From assembly GCA_040752415.1 (NCBI GenBank), contig JBFMGU010000152.1:1-25928 (forward strand): a DNA stretch of 25,928 nt, given 5' to 3'. This stretch comes from Myxococcota bacterium. GTDB taxonomy: Bacteria; Myxococcota; JACRCW01. The position numbers and the translations under genes are program-made. The stretch's first letter is position 1. Every line of letters begins with the position of its first letter. Under the pieces are notes generated by a model that searched no databases, had not been told where the DNA came from, and saw only the letters and a list, made by a program, of their open reading frames with translations. Below, one piece after another: positions 1-8,097 of this stretch.

Positions 1-44
1 GGGCCACCAGCGCCCGGCCACTGGGGCCCGGGAAGGTTGGACAT
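1..44 (-). CDS. Possible 5' end of a gene running off the left edge (MSNLPGPQWPGAGG...)
   Basis: Minus-strand ATG at 44, an AAGGA SD-like motif upstream and an open frame to the window edge. Only 14 codons are visible. Confidence 0.25.
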   Translation of the reverse strand, partial: MSNLPGPQWPGAGG

Positions 45-233
45 CGGTAACGGTCCTTCGTGACGGCTTGGCGCACCAGGGCCAAACGGCCCGCGACCAC
101 GGGCGGCAACACGGAGCTGCCGGCCAGGTTGGCGTCGAGGGCGCGGCAACCTAACCATGGGTCCGGGGGCTGTCAAACCCGACCTGTCCGCGCTGCCCCC
201 ACCGCCGGTCCTCGCGTTAGGCTTGCTGGAAGC

Positions 234-1538
234 GTGGCTTCGTTCCTCAAACGGTTGACGCAGTCCCTGTGGGGCCCACCCGCGCCCGCGCCGTCGCTGC
301 CCGTGACGACGGAGCCCGTCCCCACGGAGCTCACGCCCGCGCAGCGGATGCACCAGGTGGCCGCGGAGTCGCTCCGCTCCGTCGACGCGCCCGCCTACGT
401 CCGCCACCAGGCCCGCGCCGACGCGGAAGCGCTGCTGGCCCTGGGAGAGACCGGGCTGGCGCGCAGCCTCCTCGTCGACGCGCTGGCGGTGGAGCCCGTG
501 TCCGCGCTGCGTGAGCTGCTGGCCCGCGTGCTGCTCCAGCGGGGTGAGACGCACCTGGCCCAGCCGTTGTTGGAGGCGTTGGCGCAGGATCCGCGGCACG
601 CCGCGGCGGCGGAGCTGCAGCTGGGCCAGCTGGCGGAGGACGCGGGGGACGCGCGGTCGGCCCGTCGACACTACGAGCGCGCGCTGGCGTTGCGTCCCGC
701 CGATCCCCTGGCGCGGGAGCGCGCCCGACGCCTCCGCGCGCGGGAAGAGGGCGAAGCGGGCCTGCCGCGTCAGGCGTGGGCGGCCATGAGCCGCATGTGG
801 GGCGAGGCGGCGGCGGCGGGACGGTACAGCGTCGTCGAGGAGATCGGGCGCGGTGGCGCGGCCACGCTGTTCCGCGCGCGGGAGCTGGGGACCTCGCGGG
901 AGGTGGCGCTCAAGCTGCTGCATCCGCGCGGGGACCCGGCGCTCCGTCGACAGCGGCTGGTGCGTGAGGCGGCCCTGGCGGCGCGCTTCACCTCCGAGCT
1001 GGTGGTGCCCATCCTGGAGGTGGTCCCGGAGCGCGACCTGATGGTGATGCCCTACCTGCACGAGGGCAGCCTGCGCATGCGCCTGGCGCAACGCGCGCTC
1101 CCGCCGCGGGAAGCGTTCCACCTCGTCGCGGAGCTGGCGTGGGCGCTGGCGCTCTTGCATGCGGGCGGGGTGGCGCACCTGGACGTGAAGCCGTCCAACG
1201 TGCTGCTCCGTCGGGGGCGACCGGTGCTGGCGGACTTTGGCGCCGCCAGTGCGCGGGAGCTGGGCCAGGCAGCGGGCACGCGACCCTACATGGCGCCGGA
1301 GGCCATGGTGCAACCCGCGGATCACCGCGCGGATCTCTATGCGCTGGGCGTGGTGCTGGTGGAGTGCCTGACCGGGACGCCTTCCGCCGACGCGCGCCCG
1401 CTCACCACGACGGGAAACGCCTCATCCCAGGCCGCCGCGCAGCTGGTGAAGCGGCTGTGCCACCCGGATCCGGAGCAGCGGTTGGGGGACGCGCGCACGG
1501 CGGCGCAGCTGTTCGCGGCGCTCGCGGCGTCGACGTGA
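234..1538 (+). CDS. TPR-repeat-containing Hanks-type Ser/Thr protein kinase
   Basis: Kinase motifs IGRGGAA, VALK, HLDVKPSNVLL, DFG, GTRPYMAPE and DLYALG. The N-terminal half has TPR-like helices (ARRHYERALALRPADPLA). GTG at 234 is preferred over the ORF start at 60, whose first 58 aa look non-coding. Confidence 0.88.
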   Translation: MASFLKRLTQSLWGPPAPAPSLPVTTEPVPTELTPAQRMHQVAAESLRSVDAPAYVRHQARADAEALLALGETGLARSLLVDALAVEPVSALRELLARVLLQRGETHLAQPLLEALAQDPRHAAAAELQLGQLAEDAGDARSARRHYERALALRPADPLARERARRLRAREEGEAGLPRQAWAAMSRMWGEAAAAGRYSVVEEIGRGGAATLFRARELGTSREVALKLLHPRGDPALRRQRLVREAALAARFTSELVVPILEVVPERDLMVMPYLHEGSLRMRLAQRALPPREAFHLVAELAWALALLHAGGVAHLDVKPSNVLLRRGRPVLADFGAASARELGQAAGTRPYMAPEAMVQPADHRADLYALGVVLVECLTGTPSADARPLTTTGNASSQAAAQLVKRLCHPDPEQRLGDARTAAQLFAALAAST

Positions 1539-1559
1539 GAGGCGCTCCGACGGGCGAGC

Positions 1560-1594
1560 ACTTCTGACTTCTGTATTCTGACTCCTGACTTCCT
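1560..1594. repeat. Heptamer short tandem repeat, 5 imperfect copies of ACTTCTG
   Basis: ACTTCTG ACTTCTG TATTCTG ACTCCTG ACTTCCT in the convergent gap between the kinase gene and deoC. Confidence 0.75.
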
Positions 1595-1605
1595 TCTCGT
1601 GCCCC

Positions 1606-2517
<912 letters not shown>

Positions 2518-2541
2518 GGTCTTGCTCCTTGGGAGGTGCCC

Positions 2542-3057
2542 TCAATAGCGGAAGGACCCCGGTCCCGTCTGCACCGGGTGACCCATGGGCACCACCTGGG
2601 GGTCGCTCCCGGCGGGCGGCGCGTCCGGCGAGGGGCTGGAACCGGGTGCGGGGGCCGGCTCGGGGCTGGGCTGCACCGGAGGCAGCGGCTGCTTCCGCTT
2701 GAGGACGAAACGGTAGCGGTCCTCCAGGTGCCGGCTGCGGGGAACCAGGTAGAGCGCCGCCAGGCCGCAGGTGCAGACGCCACAGATGCCGGCGGCGGCC
2801 AGCGTGACGGGGTTGAAGACGCCCTGTTCCACGGAGGTCTGGTGCAGTTCGTAGCCGTCCTTGCGCACCGTGATCTCGTAGGAGCGCGACCAACCGCCCT
2901 CATCCTCGAAGCTCACCGGCGCGTGCCCCACCTTGTCCCCGTTGACGTAGACCTCCGCGCCGGGGGGGTCGGTCTCCACCGTGGTCTGGTGCGCACACGC
3001 CCCCAGCGTGGGGATCAGCGCCATGACGACGAGGATGCTTCTCACTCGGATTCCCAC
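2542..3057 (-). CDS. PEGA-domain lipoprotein
   Basis: Signal peptide ending in the lipobox LGAC. PEGA pattern VETDPPGAEVYVNGDKVGHAP...YEITVRKDGY, then a hydrophobic helix and a Pro-rich tail. It ends 24 bp upstream of deoC. Confidence 0.8.
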   Translation of the reverse strand: MGIRVRSILVVMALIPTLGACAHQTTVETDPPGAEVYVNGDKVGHAPVSFEDEGGWSRSYEITVRKDGYELHQTSVEQGVFNPVTLAAAGICGVCTCGLAALYLVPRSRHLEDRYRFVLKRKQPLPPVQPSPEPAPAPGSSPSPDAPPAGSDPQVVPMGHPVQTGPGSFRY

Positions 3058-3118
3058 GCGGCGGGGGGTGGCACGACGGAGGGTTCTCTAACATGATCAC
3101 GGAGGCAGGGCGCCCATC

Positions 3119-3706
3119 ATGTTCTGGTTGCTGGTCTGTCTCACCGCTGCGGGGGCTTTCGGGGCTGGCCTGGTCTGGGCCCAGGGCCGGCCGCGCCCGG
3201 AGCTCCTCCCGCCGCCGCCCACGCCGGTGCCGGCCCTGCCGGATCCGCCCGCCCCGCGCACCGGGGACGTGCTGGAGGAGCTCTTTGCGGTGGGCGCCGG
3301 CGACGTCATCACGCACCTGGGCGCGGATCACTGCGTGGAGCGGGTGACGCGCCTGGTGGGCTCCGACCACGTCATCGTGCGCGCGGACGTGGACGGGGCG
3401 CCCGGCTCCTGCATCATGGTGCTGGATCAACCGCGGCCCTGGGCGGCGGTGTGCGTCCCGGCCCGCAGCCACGCCATCGTGGCCAGCCCGCCGGACACGG
3501 TGGAGCACCAGGGCTTCCGCTACCGCCGCCTGCGTCGCCTGGAGCTGCGGGAGCAGACCACCGGCCGTCCCCAGCACCTGCACGTCTATGAAGGCCCGGA
3601 CGGGCTCTCCCTCTTCGTTCGCGACGTGCCGGGCGGCGTGGAGGTCCTGGAGGGCCGCGCCATCCGCACCGCCGCCTGCCAGGTCCTCCCCGGTTCCCGG
3701 GCCTGA
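3119..3706 (+). CDS. Hypothetical membrane-anchored protein (possibly DUF4178-like)
   Basis: GGAGG upstream, N-terminal TM helix, Pro-rich linker and a beta-rich domain beginning GDVITHLGADHCVE. GC3-rich codons. Confidence 0.6.
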   Translation: MFWLLVCLTAAGAFGAGLVWAQGRPRPELLPPPPTPVPALPDPPAPRTGDVLEELFAVGAGDVITHLGADHCVERVTRLVGSDHVIVRADVDGAPGSCIMVLDQPRPWAAVCVPARSHAIVASPPDTVEHQGFRYRRLRRLELREQTTGRPQHLHVYEGPDGLSLFVRDVPGGVEVLEGRAIRTAACQVLPGSRA

Positions 3707-3898
3707 CCGCCACCTCCGCGAGCCCCCCTCTCCAGCACATCGCGACGCGGCGCTGAAGCGCGTCCTGGGGCGACCGGTGAACGACAAAAGGGAGTGGTGA
3801 CGCCGACGAGGAGAAGGCGTCTGTGCGCGATGTGCTGTGGAGGGGAGTGTCTTCCGTGAGCCGACCTTGGCGTGCTGCTCAGGTTGCCGGGTCAGGCA

Positions 3899-3934
3899 CC
3901 GGGTAGCGCCGGGGGGACACCCGACGCTACCCGG
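3899..3934 (-). terminator. Strong stem-loop just downstream of the multiheme cytochrome gene
   Basis: CCGGGTAGCG (3899-3908) pairs with CGCTACCCGG (3925-3934), extended by CGGG/CCCG. The single mismatch is a G-U wobble on the minus-strand RNA. It starts 11 bp after the stop at 3946, with no clear U-tract. Confidence 0.6.
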
Positions 3935-3945
3935 CTTTCAAGCCA

Positions 3946-6900
3946 TCACTGGAAGAAGCCGTTGGGGCAGGTGTTCACGTTGCAGCGGACGCCGTTCCAG
4001 TCCACCCACTGCGTGAGCACGATGCCGCTGTTGTTCAGGTTGTTCAGCAACTGCAGGTGCTGCGCACCCAGCGGACCGGCCACATCCGGATCCAGCGAGC
4101 CCTGGCGGGTCACACCACCGAACTCCACCATCTTGTGGCTGTTCTTGGAGTTCGCAACACCCGTCGCGGTCACGAACTGGTCGTAATCCGCGAACACGTT
4201 GGCCGGGTTGTTGTTGACCGTGGCCGGCGGGCACAGGTTCGCGTTCCCGTCAAAGAAGAACAGACGAGCCTGGTTGTCCAGCGCCGTGCCGTTGGTGCAG
4301 TCCGCAATACCCGCGGGCTGGTTCACGGTGGCGTTGGTCGCGCAGTTGATGAAGTTCATCGGGCAGCCGAAGCGGTCCGCAGCGAACTTCTTGTAGGTCA
4401 ACGCCCCGAGACCCGTGGTGGTGCGAACGAGGTCCACGGCGCTGGTGTTGTTCGCCGTGGCCTGGGTCAGGTGGCAGTGGAAGCAGGCCGTGCCGTAACC
4501 ACCCCAGTTCTGACCCGTGGGACGGCCACGCTGGCTGTGCGGCATGAACTCATGCTGGCCGCCCGCCGTGGTCATACGCTGTCGGTTGCCGGCGGAGGAG
4601 CCGGAGCCGAAGCGGTCGGAGAACAAGCCCTTGGCTCCCGTCACCGCGCCGTAGGTGTAGTTGGCATTGGTGGCCGCCGCCTGGACGCCGAACAGCGTCA
4701 TCACGTCCTGCAGACGGACAGCGTTGTTGTCGATGTAGTTGAACCAGTTGTGCTGCGGCTGGAACGGAACAATCCGCCCGTGGCTACCCACACCGATGTA
4801 GAAGGTGCTGATGTCAATGTACGTGAAGTTGGCGTTGATCGTGGTGAACACGTACTCGCCGTTCACGTTGTTGACAAAGTTCTGGTTGATGTCGTTGGCC
4901 CACGGGAAGCCCACGTTGGGAACGCCACCGGTGTTGTTGTTCGCGTAGTCGTTGCTGATCTGCGTGTACGCGTCCACGTTGGCACGCGCCTGCAGGTCAA
5001 GGTGGCAACCCACGCACTGGTTCTGCCAGGAGGTGTGGCAGGTGTAGCAGGCGATACCGCCCTTGTTGGTCGGCGAGCCCAGGTGGCTGAAGTTGCGAGC
5101 GCGCAGCGCCTGGTCAAGCTGGGCAACGTTCTGCAGCGGTCCGTCGCCGTTCGTCGGGTCAAAGTCCATACGACCCATCGCGAAGTCGGCGTTGGCGCTG
5201 TAGATGGGCTGGTTGTTGCGCGGGTTGGTGACCTGGCTGTTGCTGTTCACCAGGTCCTTCACCTGCGGGATGAAGTGCGGCACGCCGTCACGCTTGCCGA
5301 TCAGGTAGTAGCGGCCCGTCTGGTCCTTGTAGACGTGCTTGATCTCCTGGTCGTGACGATCCAGCGCAAAGCCGTTGGCGCTCAGCTTGGCAGGAGCGTC
5401 CGCGTTGCCGTGGCAGCTCTCGCAGTTGATGGCCAGCGCATGGTTGCTCCTCGCGTAGATACGGCCGTTACCGTGCATCTCACCCGTGGTGTGGCAGTCA
5501 TAGCACTCCAGGCCACGCTCGTAGTGGATGTCGGCAGGCGTGTCGTCACGGTTGGTCTGCGCGCGGTTGCCAAAGTCGTTGGCGTTCGGCGTGCCACCGA
5601 AGTTGATGTCGTAGAAGATGTTACGCCAACCGTAGTCCTCGTAGAGGATGTACTGCGTGGCCGCGCGGTTGTTGATGAGCGTGGTGCGGTCATTGATGTT
5701 CGGGCCGTACGGGATGTTGTACAGCTCGACGCCGTCACGACCCTGGAACTCGTTGCCAAACTTGGCCACGAACGGGTTGCCCGGGTACTGGCGGTTGTTC
5801 ACCACGTCCTGGTTCTGGTCCAGACGGATACCCACGTACTGGAGCACGGTGCGGTTGGAGCCCTGGTGGCAGCCAATGCACGCGCGCACGGAGTTGATGC
5901 CGTACAGGATCTGGTCCGGCTGACCCTGGCGCGCAATACGACGGTAACGGCCGCGGATGACGTGCTCACGCACGTGCGGACGCTCACCGGGGTAGATGAA
6001 GTCCGGGTTGATGGGCTCACCGCGGTTCAGGTTCGGGTCATAGCCGCGGTAGCGACCCTCAAAGCCGTACTCCATGTGGCAGGACGCGCAACCCGAGCCG
6101 CGGTAGTCCGCAGTCGTGTTGTTCTGGCCATTGTCGCCCGCGTGGCAGTCACCGCACTGCTTGACGAACGACACCGTGACGGCCTTGGCAAGCTCGTTGT
6201 TGGTGTCGCGGATGCGGTTGTAGCCGTACGTGATCCAGGCCTGCTGGTCCAGGTTGGCGTTGGACTCCACGCCTTGGGCCATCTGGGCTGACGTCACCGT
6301 CTGAACGTTCACGTTGCTCTCGAAGTCCTGGACGAAGCGCGGCTCCAGGAGGCTGTTCACCTGTCCGGCCTCAATGAAGTCGAGACTGGACGGACCGCCC
6401 GGGTTGGCCACGGCGGTGATGTCGCGCACGCCGTAGTCCGGTGCCCAGGCGCTGCGACCAGCCACCGCGTTGGGAATGCCGAACTCGAAGCGGGCGGTGG
6501 ACACCAGGCCGATGCTCGTGCCGATCACGGAGCGCGGAGTGTTCTTGGCGTGGTTGACGTGGCACTGGCCGCAGCTCTTGCCCGTCTCGACGACGCGGAG
6601 GTCACCGGGGGCGATGAACTGCAGGAAGTCCATCTTGGTCACGGTGCGGGTGGGCGTGCCGTCGGGGCCCAGGCAGGTCCACTGATCCGGGATGCCCAGG
6701 ATGCCGTCCGTCTGGCTCTTGTCCAGACCGGCCTTGTGCAGGTACCGGCTCCAGGCGCGCGGGCCGTACTGGTCAAGGATGACGCCCTCCCAGCGCGGCT
6801 CACCGTTGTCGCGGATCTGCTCGATGTCCGGCGGCGGGCAGACGTGGGCGCGGTCCTTGTACATGCCGCTGGTGGAATCGCCACCGTGGCAGTTGGTGCA

Positions 6901-7692
6901 GGCGACCGGCTGTCCACCGGCGGAGCGCCAGGGGTGCGGATCCTCCAGACCACCACCGCTGTAGCGGGGGTCGCTGGGGCCGGCGCCGTTGTGGCACTGC
7001 ATGCAGTTGCTGTTCTCGGGGGGAGCCGGGTCGCAGGGGGGCAGACCGGAACCGACCTCGTCAATATTGCAGAACAGCTGGCAGGCTGCCTGGTTATTGG
7101 CGTTGCCGTTCACGCGTCCGCCGCCGTTGGCGTCGCAGGCGCCCCACACCGCCTCGGAGCGGCAGTCAATGCTGGCGCCGTTGTACTGGGCCTGCGTACC
7201 GCCGAGGCAGTACTCGGTGTTCACGCCGCTGCTGATGGGCGTGCCGCCGCTGCTGCTGCCACCGGGGTTGCACGCGCCACCCGTGAGGGAGTCGATGCAG
7301 GCGGTCTCGTCGAAGTTGGGCGCGCAGCCGCCCGGACACTGGAGCGGACCGGTGCTGCTGATGCCGCCGCTGCTGGTGCTCGAAGGGTTGCCCGAGCTGG
7401 TGGACGTGTTGGGGTTCGACGTGGAACCGGAGCTGGTGCTGGCACTGCTCGGGTCACCACCACTGCTGGTGCCACCCGTGCTGCCGGTGCTCCCGGAGTT
7501 GCCGCCGCTGCCACTGGTGTTGCTGGCGCTGTCAGCGGTATCCGCGGGGCACATGCCCTCCTCGTCGGGTTCACTGCCGTCGTCGCACTTGGCGGAGCCA
7601 GTGCTGCTACATCCCCCCAATCCCAGGGGGACCGCTGACGCCACCGCCAATGCGGTGATCATCAGTCGGATTTGTCTATTTGGACTCTTCAT
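3946..7692 (-). CDS. Large multiheme c-type cytochrome lipoprotein (11 CxxCH motifs)
   Basis: Signal peptide with lipobox LGGC and a Ser/Gly/Thr linker. Heme motifs CMQCH, CTNCH, CGQCH, CGDCH, CASCH, CIGCH, CYDCH, CESCH, CYTCH, CVGCH, CFHCH. GAGGAGAGG SD upstream. Confidence 0.93.
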   Translation of the reverse strand: MKSPNRQIRLMITALAVASAVPLGLGGCSSTGSAKCDDGSEPDEEGMCPADTADSASNTSGSGGNSGSTGSTGGTSSGGDPSSASTSSGSTSNPNTSTSSGNPSSTSSGGISSTGPLQCPGGCAPNFDETACIDSLTGGACNPGGSSSGGTPISSGVNTEYCLGGTQAQYNGASIDCRSEAVWGACDANGGGRVNGNANNQAACQLFCNIDEVGSGLPPCDPAPPENSNCMQCHNGAGPSDPRYSGGGLEDPHPWRSAGGQPVACTNCHGGDSTSGMYKDRAHVCPPPDIEQIRDNGEPRWEGVILDQYGPRAWSRYLHKAGLDKSQTDGILGIPDQWTCLGPDGTPTRTVTKMDFLQFIAPGDLRVVETGKSCGQCHVNHAKNTPRSVIGTSIGLVSTARFEFGIPNAVAGRSAWAPDYGVRDITAVANPGGPSSLDFIEAGQVNSLLEPRFVQDFESNVNVQTVTSAQMAQGVESNANLDQQAWITYGYNRIRDTNNELAKAVTVSFVKQCGDCHAGDNGQNNTTADYRGSGCASCHMEYGFEGRYRGYDPNLNRGEPINPDFIYPGERPHVREHVIRGRYRRIARQGQPDQILYGINSVRACIGCHQGSNRTVLQYVGIRLDQNQDVVNNRQYPGNPFVAKFGNEFQGRDGVELYNIPYGPNINDRTTLINNRAATQYILYEDYGWRNIFYDINFGGTPNANDFGNRAQTNRDDTPADIHYERGLECYDCHTTGEMHGNGRIYARSNHALAINCESCHGNADAPAKLSANGFALDRHDQEIKHVYKDQTGRYYLIGKRDGVPHFIPQVKDLVNSNSQVTNPRNNQPIYSANADFAMGRMDFDPTNGDGPLQNVAQLDQALRARNFSHLGSPTNKGGIACYTCHTSWQNQCVGCHLDLQARANVDAYTQISNDYANNNTGGVPNVGFPWANDINQNFVNNVNGEYVFTTINANFTYIDISTFYIGVGSHGRIVPFQPQHNWFNYIDNNAVRLQDVMTLFGVQAAATNANYTYGAVTGAKGLFSDRFGSGSSAGNRQRMTTAGGQHEFMPHSQRGRPTGQNWGGYGTACFHCHLTQATANNTSAVDLVRTTTGLGALTYKKFAADRFGCPMNFINCATNATVNQPAGIADCTNGTALDNQARLFFFDGNANLCPPATVNNNPANVFADYDQFVTATGVANSKNSHKMVEFGGVTRQGSLDPDVAGPLGAQHLQLLNNLNNSGIVLTQWVDWNGVRCNVNTCPNGFFQ

Positions 7693-7833
7693 CGCGACCT
7701 CTCCTCGTCTGGCGGGCCAGCGGACCGGGTCCCTGCCCCTTGGGCGCAGTTGTTGCGGATCACCAAGCTTCAGTGTCCGCCCGACTTCCCCTCAAGTTGC
7801 TCCAAGATCCCTCACGCCGGTGACAGCACACGC

Positions 7834-7849
7834 TGCACGGCTGGAGCCA
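7834..7849 (-). promoter_or_regulatory. Candidate sigma54 (-24/-12) promoter for the cytochrome gene
   Basis: Minus-strand TGGCTCCAGCCGTGCA has the GG-N10-GC spacing and 2 mismatches to TGGCAC-N5-TTGCA. It lies ~140 bp upstream of the ATG. Confidence 0.4.
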
Positions 7850-7873
7850 TAGCACATGCCGATCCAACTTGAA

Positions 7874-7887
7874 CATCACGCGTGATG
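7874..7887. promoter_or_regulatory. Perfect 14-bp palindrome, possible operator
   Basis: CATCACGCGTGATG is its own reverse complement and lies in the 400-bp intergenic region upstream of the cytochrome. Confidence 0.4.
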
Positions 7888-7945
7888 ACGTCGCACCCGC
7901 GCCAATCCCGTGATCTTCAAGGTGAAAGTCTCACACGCACATGTC

Positions 7946-8012
7946 GGTGGGGGCTGGTGCCCCATCGACAACTGGGGAATAGGCCCCCCACCTGGGGAAT
8001 GAAGCCCCCACC
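7946..8012. repeat. Three copies of TGGGG-N6/7-CCCCCACC (one inverted, two tandem direct)
   Basis: 7946-7964 is the inverted copy (revcomp TGGGGCACCAGCCCCCACC). 7973-7992 is TGGGGAATAGGCCCCCCACC and 7993-8012 is TGGGGAATGAAGCCCCCACC. Confidence 0.7.
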
Positions 8013-8097
8013 AGGGTCGGATCCGATCCGGACGTGCGAACGGGCTCCCCGCAGCCGACGCAGCGGTTTCGCGAAAACGGAAAATGGGCGGTGGAAA

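Noticed and set aside
4057..7638. Long plus-strand ORFs 4057-6291 and 6550-7638
   Set aside because: Antisense to the multiheme cytochrome, with the Val/Ala-rich composition typical of reverse-frame translation.
7921..7935. CRP/FNR-like site GGTGA-AAGTC-TCACA
   Set aside because: The spacer is 5 bp rather than the required 6 bp, so it is unsupported.
7946..8012. Possible mini-CRISPR
   Set aside because: The repeats are 19-20 bp, abutting or inverted, with no spacers and no cas genes.
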